A DNA stretch of 63,676 bases, the filler included, from Klebsormidium nitens (taxonomy: Eukaryota > Plantae > Klebsormidiophyceae): assembly GCA_000708835.1 (NCBI GenBank). It is 4 parts of 4 records of this genome, joined end to end, with 100 filler letters (N's around TTAATTAATTAA, not from the genome) between each part and the next. Parts side by side here need not be neighbours in the genome. Positions count along the whole stretch, not along the records: positions 1 to 24,087 come from DF237875.1; positions 24,188 to 43,682 come from DF237910.1; 2 more parts are not named here. One strand, given 5' to 3'. The notes below the pieces were generated by a model that saw nothing but the letters and a program-made list of their open reading frames with translations, made no database searches and was not told the origin of the DNA. Made by a program: the position numbers and the translations under genes. This document shows, in pieces, positions 22,128 through 34,325 of the stretch (its first letter is position 1; each line of letters starts with the position of its first letter).

Positions 22128-24087
22128 TTTTTTTTTTTTTTTTTGGACCGTCTGGCACGTGCAGCTCATCAGGTGGAAACTGCAGACTAGCATACGCCTC
22201 AAGGGCAGGGGAGCCGCAGCAGATTTTACATCATCTTGTTGGAGAGTCGAGGCGACGACGTTTGGTTTGATGACCGGTGGTACCAAAATGTAGTTGCGAA
22301 CGGGAGGAACGATGGAACACATGAGTGGGTTGAGAGGCAGTCGGAGAAGAATTAGATGTGGGAAGATTTGGAATCTGATCGTTGTAGACCTGGTGGGAAA
22401 GTACGGTAAAGTGGCGGTGGCAACGACGGGGACGATGAGAGCTTCATAATGATCAGTTCCGTCATAAGCAATGTGCATGATGCGTTGGGTGAATAGTGGT
22501 GCAGTTGATGAGAAATTAAGGAGAGGATGTAGAGGAAGGCCGGTGACTGCGGACCAAATCATAAGTGGAGCCTGCAGATAGCGCGCGTATGCAAGAGCCT
22601 CAACTTCAGTTGCCCAGTTGCCCGGAATTGACATGTAGCTGCTGTAGCGAGCGGGTGTTGGAAACGGTTCGCTTGTAGTTGATAAGAAGGCTGGTGTGTC
22701 CTGATGAACAGCATTGATCTGATGCGTATACGTGTCCCAATTTGTTACGATTGTCTGTACGCAGGCAATGCGAAGTGCGTGATGATCAGAATCAGATCGA
22801 CCGTGTGCAAGGAGAATGGCGCGAAAGAGGCAATTGCCGTCGCCTTGCACCAGGCATCGTGTCAATCGACCTGTAAAAATATGATGAGTGGTGTGAAATC
22901 TAAGTGAAGTGGGCGGTGTATGAGGGCGTAGAACTGAAGGCTCGGTAAAGTGGTGGAGGGCGTCATTGGACAAATTAGGCCGTGGGGAAGAGTACGAAGC
23001 GCAAGCAAGATGTGGAGGAAGAGTCTGAGGAGAAGGGGTTACTGTAGTGCGCGGCGTGGAAGCGGGCGATGGGATATCTGGCGAACTGGACAGGTGTAGC
23101 TCGTGCCAGCATTTGGCAAACGCAACATAGTCAGTGTCGTCCATTTCATGGAGAGGTTTCATTTGTGGGAACGCATGAAGGCGATCTTTGAAAAGGTGAT
23201 GGCGTTCCTTGATGAGTGCACACCGGTCGCGCCAGACATGCTGGAAGAATTCGAAAAGTGCAACGTGTAGCTCCTTACCTAGTCGAGTAGTCTGAGAAGG
23301 AGTGGGCAACCGAGATGAAAGCCAGACAAATAAGGAGTGGGGTAATTGTCCAGCTGAAAAGAAGCGCAGACGGTCAGATGGGACGTGAATAAGAGCGTCG
23401 TATAAGTATGCACGGAGGGCAGCTGTAGTGGTGCGAAGCAGTGCGCGTGAGCGGCAAATAGAAACCAGTCGGGTGAGAAGTTGCTGACGATGACCAGCAA
23501 ACGTCGGGCACTCATAGAAAAGGTGCTCGGTAGTTTCTGAAGGGTGGCTGTCACAGAGAATGCATAGCTCATCAGAATATAGTCGAGGTCTAATGGTGCG
23601 TAAACGATGGAAAGTTGAGAGCGTACGACCAAGTATTTGTATAAGTCGTTTTTTGTCAGCTGAATCGCGTTTAGCGTATAAAATAGATAGAGAAGGTGCT
23701 TGCCAGATGCTGACCGTAAAGAGTAGCTGGTGCCATTCGCCGCGGCCTAGGTAGTGAAGGGATCGATCTGAGGAATATGCATGGGTGTATACTTTGATGG
23801 GGTTGTTTTCGAAAAGAACGGCGGCGACTGGAACTGCGTCAAGAGGCGGCGGCAGAATAACGGTGACAGAAGGTAAAAATTTTGTTTCAAAAGGCACTAA
23901 GAGGCGTTGAGTGAATGATTAAGGCTAGATTTTGCCAGAGTATCGGCAACTTTGTTCCGTTCTTGGTGCCGAACAAGGTCAGAAAGGTGATCAAATGACC
24001 CATCAGACGTCGGGCAATGATCACGTTCATGAGCCTTCACATGTACATCGGATAAAGCGGGGGTCGCCGGTAAGGTGCCGGGCAGTG
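22128..24087 (-). mobile_element. 3' end of an L1-like non-LTR retrotransposon with zf-RVT, OTU protease and poly(A)
   Basis: ORF 22119-23897 contains CILC..ETTEHLFYECP, then VQGDGNCLFRA...WATEVE...YDGTDHYEAL. T17 at 22128-22144 is a minus-strand poly(A). The 5' part runs into gap 24088-24187. Confidence 0.75.
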
Positions 24088-24131
24088 NNNNNNNNNNNNN
24101 NNNNNNNNNNNNNNNNNNNNNNNNNNNNNNN

Positions 24132-24143
24132 TTAATTAATTAA
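24132..24143. other. Artificial assembly filler TTAATTAATTAA (also at 43727-43738 and 61579-61590)
   Basis: Identical 12-mer with stop codons in all frames, centred in exactly 100-bp gaps. Confidence 0.9.
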
Positions 24144-26133
24144 NNNNNNNNNNNNNNNNNNNNNNNNNNNNNNNNNNNNNNNNNNNNTACACAATATCGA
24201 CGGTTATCGCCAAGTCATTCGGGTGTAAAACCGTAACCCGCGCGCCTTTAACCGTGTAAGCGTAACTTCTAGTTACCGTCGACTTACCGTCGACGTCGTG
24301 ATCCTAAAACCCTAGAATCACCCAGAGATTCGGTCCCTAAATGCCCATGTCTCAATAGGCTTTCATTCGCCGCGGAAGCGATCAACGCTATACCCGTCAA
24401 CACAGACTCCGTCGCTCCCGCTTATCTGTGCTTCAGCATTATCTCTAAATGTCAGACGTTCATTCGGCCTCTTCGATTCGCACCACGTGGTGATATCGTG
24501 CTAGCTGACCTCCTTTGCTTACGTTTGCATTGCGTTTCAAGATGTTGGCCTGATACTTTTTCTGTCGCCCGGATGATTACCCCTCCTCTGAGGCCGTCGT
24601 TCCATATTCGAGACGGGTCACTTTCGACTGAATCGTTCGTGTACTTTGCGTTGTTGGAGATCTTCGTGCGCCACCCGAGGTCTTCGTACGCCATGCGCCT
24701 AGTGCGGGCCGTGTAGTCCAGATTGCGCTGTATGAGATGAGCTGCTGGACAGTGGGCTTCCACCCACCTACAAACTGCAAGCCGCACGATTGACGCGAAA
24801 GAATTTTCGTTTTCGTTTGTGAGCATGGCGCCTTGGACCAGTGGTTCTGCAAGACAAAACAGCGAGCACCAATCCATTTTCGTGCAGCAAGAGTCCAATA
24901 AACAATCTAGAATTTCCGTTTGTCACCAACTCAATGCATCCCGATACCATAAGTCTTACACGTTCGCCATTTGCAGGAGTCGACGTCAAAATGATGAGTC
25001 GGCAATATGCTGAATACATCCATTTCAAAAGTTTCAAAAAGTACTTGACCTAGAGGCAAAGTGCCGACAGCGGCGATGTGAAGAATCGAACGGTTTGAAG
25101 AAGCAGAAAAGAAGCTAGGCAGGCCTCACTCAAAAAAAGCACTTGTTGCAAAAGCCAAAGCTAGCTCGGGCCTCAAGGCACCGCTCGCGTTCTGCCTTTT
25201 TCATTCAGTTTCGGCTCGGAATCAAGGCTTGGGGCACGAGCCAAAGTTTCAAGTTCTGCTCATGGTTTGAATACGCCTTAACGAATTGCCTGTGCGCATC
25301 CGCATTCGTCAGCATGTCGAAAAGCGTCCGTGCCGGCAGGCCCATCACGTGGGAGCGGAAGATGCGGCCGCGCGCGGGTTTGCAGAGACTCGTCGGATCT
25401 AAATCATCAACCTTATATATTTCTCTTTGGTGTAGCAACTCGATGACCTTGAAAAGATGGGCAATAAGAGCTGCAGCTTTCAACCGAAGTTTGATCGCAC
25501 ACTACTAGACCCAAAGCTTTTGAACAATTTTGAACCCCATCTGAGCCTGCCAAAAGGAACACCAGCTTGCTTTGATACGTTGGCAGTTACAAAGCTGCCA
25601 ACAACCAAACGTCCAATGTTGGCTCACCTGTGGATGCTTGGCTACCACGCTGTACGCACTCTCCCCAAAGAGGCAATGCATGAGAAACTTCGCTTGGTGA
25701 AGGGGCTCTCTCAGTATGGCCCCGTTGGTCGCACGCCCGATGTGTTCCCCCAACACTTTGAAAATCAAGCTTCTTCTATGCTTCTGCTTCTAGTAAGAGC
25801 GTTTTGCGGCGCCCTATTTATGAAGAGCGCGACAAACTTGAAGCGGTACGCTGAGAATCAACTGCACCCTTGAGAACTAGGAGAAAAAATTGCAGCTGAG
25901 GCACTTGCTCCGCAACCATCGGAAGCGCCCTTTTATCAAGCATTAAGGCGCTACGTTCTAGACTTGCGGGCAGACGAGCGCACGCCTGACCACAGTTTTT
26001 GGTCTCACGGTCCTTTTATCAACGCGGCGACAGAAGCTCTCCGCTTTGAGGATGCACGGCCGGAACAAAAGTGTGGGTTAAGAATTCGAGCACCTCCAAC
26101 CTGCGCTTTTCGAAGAGCGCTTGCTTCAACTCC

Positions 26134-29100
26134 TCAACTACATCTTTGGGCGTGATCTTTCGATTTTTGATAAAGTTCCCCTCCAATGGATTGTCCTGCT
26201 TTCAAAACCTGCCCAACTAAGGACCACTCGGTGTTGCCAAAAGAAGTGAGTCCGTAAGACCAGCCCCAGTTCGCGCCGTTAATTTGTCTCTTCAGGGAGG
26301 GGTTTATGAAGTCCTCGGACGAGAAGCATCCAGGTTCCAGGTGGGCCGAGACGGAACCGAGGTAGATTCGCGAAGCAAAAAAGGGAATTGTCGAAGGAGA
26401 CTCGATGCGGCCTCCAGTAAGAGCTGCATTCGCTGGCAAGACTTGTCGAGCTTGGACATGAGTTGCGTCAGCGAAGAAAGGGGGCGGAGGGCGAGCATGG
26501 CCTCGTACTTCGCCTGCAGCTCGGAGGGAAGCTCTAGCTTTGGTGCCACTGCCAATCCGAGTACTGCTGCATCGCTGCCAACTGTGGGGAAGCAAGGCTG
26601 CAGTCTCGAAAGCTACTGGGGACGAAGCTACGCTGGCATAAGATGGACCGCCGGGCTTCGCGGCTAGTAGCAAAGCGTTCCTTTGTTGTTCGTCGATCAG
26701 CTCGTCATCCTCAGAAGCCTTTGCCGCCCACCTCTGGAGAGCTTTACCCTCAACTTTTCTGATTGAAGAGAGGAATTACACTCTGCTCCTCATGTCCCTT
26801 CACAAGGAGCGACAAGGAAGTCCTCGGGCTCAAGAAAGGCAGGCTGAGGCGAACCTAGGGAGGTGAGCTTTAGGGCTTCTAATAACAGTCTTGCGACAGC
26901 GGCTTCGCGCTGAAGGTGCGGGGCGGTGAGGCTTGCGAAACGAATAGAAGCAGCTGCCTATCACCATGCGGAGAGCAGGGGAAAAAGCTGCCTTCCTAAG
27001 CGGCTTCTTGATGATGTCACCGCGACGAGCCAGCTCTGTCCAAGCGCTTCACGTTCTCAACGCCGTCAACTTCATAGCTTTGGCGGACCCTGCAACCAGC
27101 TCTAGCACCGGGGACGGCCGAAGGCTTGAAGCGGGCCCGTGCAGATTCAAACCTCGCACCGGAACCTTTGCCGGAGGGACACGTGGCATCACCTCGAGCA
27201 ACCGCGCACGCAGCTCATGGTTGAACGTTTGCTTCTGAGGGTCCGAAAGGTCTCTTTCGGGAAGAGCCGCAAGCAGACCTCCTTGGAAGAAGCATCGACC
27301 TTCCCCCCGCGAACCCGAGCTAGCTTCCAATTTGTGGTTGGCCAGTCGACTTCGAAAATGACGTTATGATGCTCACCATCGCTTGATGTCCACAACGGTC
27401 GCAACTTCCCCCCGAAGATGGCGACGATATGGCCCGTAATCCAGTTAACCAGAACCCCGATTGCTTTTTGGTCGAGCTTGACATCGAGAAATAAGGCGGG
27501 CGACAACTACCGAGGCTTGCTGATCTAGCGTTTGCGCTCGCAATTCTAAAGGCTTCGCGGCTGCAACTCGTTTCTCGAGGAAAACTTGTCCAGAAAGCCA
27601 GCTAAACCCACGAGGACATGGAGCTTTTCGAGCTTCGTCTGCTCTTTCCCAGCCGGTGTTTCGCCTTACAGTCCGCTTCCCGCATCCTCCTCCCTTCTGC
27701 CACCGTCCGGCCGCCCCTCCTCAGGGATCTCAAATGCATTTAGACGTGCACTGCCACAGCCCAAGTCTTGGGGCTATGCGCGGCAAACTTTGGCCGCACA
27801 CTTCACGACCTTCTCGACTCCAAAGTAAGTGCCGACCAGGGTCTGCTTTTGAATGCTGAGCTTGTTGATTTCAGCAAGCTGCTTTGCATCTAGCTCTAGA
27901 GCCAATGGCTGTCTTGCGGCCGGATCATTTCTTTCGCGGCTGCTTTTGCACGAAGACGTCTCTGGTACTCTTTCTCCTTCTTCGCAATCCTTGCGTTGAT
28001 GCCCGTCTCCTTCGACTTCAATCTCGAGAGGTTCTCAGTGAGGCACTGGTCTGCTAGCAAAACATCTTCCGGTCCAGTCGACATCAGAGTCGTCTACAAG
28101 AACGTTCCTTGCTCGATGAATGCTCGCGATCAGTCGCCTCCACTCCATTTTGACTTTTCTCGGATCCGGAGCTGAAACGAGGCTGTCTAGAATAGGGGCT
28201 ACGTGGGTGTTATGTCTGCCCATAAAGGTCTTCCCCACAACAGCCTAAAGACTCTTAGCAACGGTCCGTCTCGTCCCAAGACAGCCGCACGTGGAGGACG
28301 TCGTCCTTCCCTTTCGCAACCTGCCTCTTTGCCATTTGGGTTTGCTCCAGATTCTTCATTTCTGCCAAACGCTCCTGCTAGGCATGCCCCTCCACGCTAT
28401 TCTTGGCTTCGAATTGCTGCAACGCCTGTTTGGAAGGATTCGTGAGATTCATCTTTGCCGTTGCTGCTGCTGTGGTGCGACTTATTAGTATTAGCGTTCA
28501 TTGGTCCTCGCAGCGACCTTAAGGCGGAATGATCTAAGGCAGCCCTTGACGTGAAGCCACACAACGTTTGAACCTTCTAGAGAATCGCCACAGATTTGTG
28601 TTAGACTAGTTTAGATTTATAGCCACTGCCTGGAAGTAGTCGCTCAAGGTGCTCCTGAGGGGAACTTAGGGCGCTGCTGATGATCGCGCGCTCTAATAGA
28701 GGAAGCATGTCCACAACCCCTGCCTCTTCAAACAGCCTGCGTGCTATGAGAAAGTTTTCAACTGCCTCTTTGTCGATCGTCTTTGCAAGAACGGTCGAAG
28801 CAACATCCGCTTTAAAGTCCCATAAGCTTTTCAACTGTTGCTTGAGAGTTTGATTCGAGCTTTCTAGACCTTTTACTCGACTAGCCGCTGTCCTCAAAGC
28901 AATTAAGATGGCCTGATCTTCAATCAAATCCGAGTATTTGACAAGCCCACCTTCTGGCGCTTTGGGGCCTGGACATCGGGCTCTGAAGGACTAACATCCG
29001 AGTCGGCTGTTGCTCCACTCACTTTGGCTTTTTCAGATTGTTGCTCCCGCGCAGAAAACACCTCCGAGTTGGCTTCCTCTTCTATCGCCTCTTTTTGAAC

Positions 29101-29178
29101 ACCATATTCAATCAAACGGACCTTGTGCATTCTGATCCTCTGAAAGCAGCTGGAACTGAGCACTTTCGATTGCCGCAA
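26134..29178 (-). pseudogene. Degenerate coding region of unknown type (coiled-coil and RRM-like segments; possibly a retroelement ORF1)
   Basis: A chain of protein-like minus-strand ORFs in shifting frames (28924-29178, 28601-28927, 28035-28238, 27896-28084, 27189-27506, 27049-27330, 26134-26673). No recognisable family. Confidence 0.35.
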
Positions 29179-29207
29179 GTTCTTCTTCCACTGCTTGCTT
29201 CGAAGAG

Positions 29208-29686
29208 TGTTGAAAGCAAGCGTCTTGGAGCGCCTTTCAAGTCAAGCACAACGTTTAGAAAGGAGTAACCAATTGATACAAGTCAATGGTCCAAGTCATA
29301 AATCCGTGGCTAGATCTACTCTAGTCTTGGTCGAGTCCACCTCTAGCTCTATATGTGTAGACTGACGAAACATTGGGGTTGTCTGCTCAGAACAGATAGT
29401 GAGATTCTCGATCTGCGCGAATCAACCAAACATCAACGGCCTAGCCTTCAAGATTCCACAAAGATGCCTATGCAACGGTCCACATTGGCCTAGGGGGTAA
29501 CTACCACCAGTGGGGGTAACTGCCAGTGGGGTAACTGCCAATGGGGTGAATGCCAGTGGGGTAATAGCCAGTGGGATATTTAACAATGGGGTAATTATCA
29601 CTCTATCAAACTCAATGAAGCGGCTACGAGATCATCTAGGATCTTGGGGCGTACTCACGAAAGAATGGCACAACCGAAATCTAACA
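29208..29686 (-). repeat. 3' LTR of Copia-1 (TG...CA), containing a 15-bp minisatellite
   Basis: Ends read tgttgaaagcaagc (29208) and ctaaca (29686), next to the PPT. The tggggtaactgccag repeats lie at 29493-29597. Confidence 0.75.
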
Positions 29687-32600
29687 CTCCCCCACGCACT
29701 AAGTATCCTACGCAAACCCCTATCTCATTCTTGCACTTCAAGATTTTCCCCGCTGCCAACGCCTTGGTTAGGGTGTCCGCCTTCATGTCCTCCGTGTGGA
29801 GTACGCGAATCCGACCTCCTTCCGCTCCACCATCTCCCGCGCAGAGTGAAGAAACAGATAATGTGTTTCGACTGCTGTGAAGCGATCGGATGCTTCAGGC
29901 GCCGTATCGCCCCTTGCTTGTTGCAATAGATCTGAACCGTCCCTAGGTCCAGCCCCAAACCTTCCCCCAACTTGCGGAACCACAACGCCCTTTTAACCTC
30001 CTGCGCCGCACTCAAGTACTCCGCCTCCACCGTTGACGCTACTATTGTTGGATGCAGACGGCTTGAACAACTCACCGCCCCTCCAAAATTCACAGAAGAC
30101 GTGCCCGGTCGTGCACCGCCTTGTGTCCGCGCCGCGCCGCAACATTCATGTCGCAAAATCCCTCAAGAACCTCGTCGCTCCCCCCAAAGGTTATCCGGTT
30201 CCGGCCAAGTAGCGCACCATGAGCGCCGCCGCCCAGTGTGCCTCCGTTGGCGCGCTTGTGTAGCGCGCCAGTGCTCCCACGGCCTAGGCGATATCAAGCC
30301 GTGTGAACATGCTGAAGTAACGCAAACGCTAAAGAAGCTCGCTACGGGGAACTTCGCCATGTCAAGCGGCGCCCCCTCCTTCGTCAAGCTTTTCCCGGTG
30401 GCAAGAAGGACCGAGCGCACCCGCGCGCCTGCCAATCCGTGCCGTGCGAGTAGGTCCCCCGTCAGCTTCTTCTGCGTCAGCTTTATAATGCGCGCCTTTG
30501 CATCGCGCGACAGGTCCATCCCAAAGAAGTACGTCGCCTCCCAGAAGTCCCGCCCGTCGAACTTCTCCGCCAAGGGCGCCTTCACTCTCGCGATCCGCTC
30601 CCTGCATTGGGCCCCGATGAGGATGTCGTCAATCCACATGATAAGGTAAACACGCACCCCATTCACCACTGCCAAAAAGAGCGCCGCAACTGCAAAGGAC
30701 GCCACGAACTCGAAGTTCCCGAGCTCCTCCTTGAGACGCGTGTGCCGCGCAGCGGAGCCTAATGCGATCCGTACAAGGTGCGCTTGAGGCGGCAAACCAT
30801 CCCGGGTCCGCCTTGCTCGTACCCCTGCGGCTGCTGCATGTAAAGTTTCTCCTCGAGCTCACCGTTGAGGAACGCCGTATTGGTGCAACTCCAAATCGCG
30901 CTCCGTGACCACCGCAAGGAGCATCCGCAAAGTCGTGTGCTTGCTCACGGGGGCGGAGCCTTCCTCGAAGTCAATTCCCTGCTTTTGCAGGTACCCTTTG
31001 GCCACCACGCCAGACTTATATTGCTCCACTTCCCAAACGAATCCGGCTTAATCTTGTAAACCCACTTCATGGGAACCGGCTTCACTTCTTCCGGTTTTTC
31101 GACAATTTCCACGTCCCGTTCTCCAACAAGGACCGCATTTCCTCGTCCATTGACCTCCGCCAAACCTCGCTTTCTTCCCCCGCTACGGTTTCCTGATATG
31201 TTTGGGGCTCCGGATGCTCCCCCCAACCCCTTGAGGTGCTCCCCCGACTCCGCCGCCATATTCGCCCGGTACCACTCCCCAGGCGCCCGCCTCGCTCTAG
31301 CGGGGTATCTACGCGTAGTCCGCCGTCTCATCGTCCGCGGGATACTCCGTATCCCCCCTGGGCAATCCGCTCTCCTCGCTTCCGCTCTGCGGATAATTAG
31401 CCTCCTCTCTCTCGGTGCCAGCCTTTCCCGTAGGAATAGCCCTTGCACCGGGCTGAGTGCCGGCCTTCCTTGTAGAGATAGCCCCTGCACCCATCCGAGT
31501 CGGAGAGCTCACACGACTAGGGCCACGAGCACCCCCCTCTTCCTTTTCGGGTTGGAGCCAAGCTCAACAACCACAGAGGATCCGCACTCATCTACGATCA
31601 CATCGCGGGAGGTCAATTCCTACCATCTCGCTCCCGAAGAACCCGGTATGCCTTGGAGTTTGGCTCGTAGCCCAAAAACACCCCGCGCTCGCTCACTTTG
31701 ACGTCTTCTTCCGGTTTCCCTTGGGCACGTGGATGTAGGCCCGCGCCCCAAACACCCGCAATTGGCTAAGATTTAGCTTCTCCATGTGAACCATCTCCCA
31801 CGGGGTCTTGCCGTCCACGCTCGAGCCCGCAACCGGTTCCGGGTGTAGTTAGCCGTGACCATCGCTTCCGCCCACACTTCCGGGTTCAACCCGGCGTCCT
31901 CCAGCAAAGCGTGCGCTCTTTCTTCGAGCGTCCGGTTCAACCGCTTCGCCAAACCGTTTTGTTTGGGAGAATGTCCCGCTGTGGTCCGTTGCACCGTCCC
32001 TCTCTTTCCGAGGAGGGCCGTCATTCCCTCGTTGACGTACTCTCCGCCCCGGTCCGTTTGCACGGACTTGACCTTCTTCCCGGATTGCAATTTCAAGCGG
32101 GCAAACACGCTCTCCGTGTCCGCCGTGACGTCGCTTTTTCGCTTCATCGATTGCACCACCGAAAGCTTGCTATAGTAGTCGAGGAAAGTAGCCAAGTACC
32201 TACTCCCCCTCTTTGACGTCACCGGCATGGGCCGCACACGTCCATGTGCACGAGCTCGAGTGGCTCCGTATTCTCTTTGGAGTTCGACTCCATGGAAAAC
32301 GGCTCCCGGGTTTGCTTCCCCATGATGCAAAGCTCGCACACGAGGGTTTCTCCTCCTGGAAGGTCTCTGCTTTGACCCCTACAACCCGGACCGCTCGTTC
32401 TTCGACCCTCTTGGCAAAGCTCTCATAGCCGGCGTGCTCCAACCTCCGGTGCCACAATACCGGAGTCTCGCCTTCCCTCACGTGCAAGCACGTGTCCTCC
32501 CACGTTGCCCTCGGTTGGCAAATCACCGAAATTTCCTTCGCATTCTCCTCCGCCCGAAGCATGACCTCCCTGTCCATGTACACTTCGCACACCTCCCTGC

Positions 32601-33902
32601 TAAACACAACCTCGACCCCTATACCGCGGTTGCTTTTTTCACCGAGAAATGGTTCTCCGCCACACCCGGAACGTACGCTACCTCACGGAGAAGGTTAACC
32701 CGCTCTTCCGAGGGCGTCCCGCACCGCAACTCCATGGTGCCAACCCGGGCTACCTCAAGGAACCCCTTGTTCCCAAACTTGATTGCCCGAGTCCCCGGCC
32801 CAAGCATCTCCGACGTTGAGAAGGAGCTTTTGACCCCCGTCATGCGTTGGCTAGGCCCGGAGTCAACAATCCACCTTCCAGTCTCCGCCCTTTCCCCGAC
32901 TACAAAGGCTACCCTTGCCAGCCCCCGGTAGCCCCCTTCTTTGGGCAACCCCTCTGAAAAGGTCCGGGCTACCGCACTTCTTCCCCGATTTGAGCTTCTC
33001 TGGCTATCGAGACCCGGACCGGCACTCTCTCTCAAAGTGCCCCAACTTTCCACACCTGTGGCAAGCCATGGAAGTCTTTCCCGGGCCACCCTTGTCCTTG
33101 CCGGCAAAGTTGCCACCCTTGGCCACGTAGGCCATCGCCGTTGCCGAACCCGAGGCCCGCTATTTCGCTCCCCAAACACCCCATGCCTTTGCTCAAACAC
33201 TTGCAACGTCGAGAGAAGCTCTTCCACCTTGCCTAGCTCCTCCTTGGTGGTGGTCAACACCGTTCCTACCCCTTCAAACCGGCTTGACAAGTCGGCAAGC
33301 ACGCTAAAGGATAGATCATCCGGCTTCACATCGGAACGGGCGGCTAGCAAATCCCGGTAAAGGTCTTGGGCTCTACCCCTATAGGCGGCAACGGACTCAC
33401 CGGATTGCATCTTGAGGGTGCTCAATCATGAAGGAGTTGCAACTTCCGAGCCGCACTCTTTCTCTTGTAGGTCTTTTTCAGCGCGTCCCACGCTACTTTG
33501 GCATTCTTAGCTGCTCAGATTGCCCCCAGATGCTGTTGCCGAGCGTGCAAGCCTGTCAAAGCTCTTGCTTACTCGGTCCATTGCGCATCACCGGCCGGGT
33601 CCATGACCCTTTTTAAAATCTTTTTGTGCGTCAAGAGAAGTTGCATTCTCTGTGACCACACCATATAGTTGTCAACATTCAGAGGCTCTATGTGACCTTA
33701 ACTCCTTCAGCCATTTTTACCGCTAGCCAACCAGCGCTCCTTGGGCTGGGCACTCCTTTGTACCGGAAAAGGTTTGGGCGTATTTTCACGGGCGTCGCGA
33801 GATAGAGTATTTCTCCATTTCTTTAACCCCCACTTGAATACCTTTCACCAACCTTGAATCGTCATTGCTAGCAATGGCTTACTACTCTTCCCTCACTCAT
33901 TA

Positions 33903-33921
33903 GCGTTGTGGGCCCATAACC
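33903..33921 (-). promoter_or_regulatory. Half-tRNA-iMet primer binding site (similar sites at 40321-40332 and 47109-47122)
   Basis: The + strand gcgttgtgggcccataacc matches the D/anticodon arm of plant-type initiator tRNA (GCGUGGUGGGCCCAUAACC, as recalled). It abuts the LTR. Confidence 0.85.
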
Positions 33922-34325
33922 TATTGAAAGCAAGCACCTTTCAAGTTCACAACTACCGGGATCTGAGTGTCCATTAAATGGCAATACCCAAGGCACTCCA
34001 AATCCGTACGTAGATGAACCCTAGTCTTACTAGCCTAGTCCACCTCTACCGGACACTAGTCAATTCAAGTATATGAAATCCTATTCAAGTGATCGGATCC
34101 CTGTACGACTCACTCGGGTCACTATACGACTCGCTTTATGGGCTAAATACTCCTACTTGTGGTCCGTAGTACTACACCGAGGTGTCGGTAGTACCGTACT
34201 ACTACTCGGTCTACTACACACTAGTGGTCGGGGCTCCCAAATCACTCGACTCGACTCACGATCGGACGGTCAATATTGCGTGAATAGAACACCAAATAAC
34301 TTCCCATCCTACCGTCGATATTCTA
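33922..34325 (-). repeat. 5' LTR of Copia-1, outer end truncated
   Basis: Adjacent to the PBS. Colinear with LTR 47123-47612 but lacks its last ~80 bp. Confidence 0.75.

Larger units (their letters stand above)
29208..34325 (-). mobile_element. Copia LTR retrotransposon 1 (degenerate; non-matching LTRs)
   Basis: Gag ATG at 33714. Protease WIVDSG, integrase TDRGGEY, RT KWVYKIK and WIDD, and RNase H YCNKQGAI occur in Copia order with many frameshifts. PPT GGGGGAG lies next to the LTR at 29686. Confidence 0.9.

Noticed and set aside
24088-24187. TTAATTAATTAA palindrome inside N runs (three times)
   Set aside because: Identical all-frame-stop filler centred in 100-bp gaps; an assembly artefact.
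33903-33921. tRNA-Met gene
   Set aside because: Only a 12-19-nt arm next to an LTR; this is a primer binding site with no cloverleaf.
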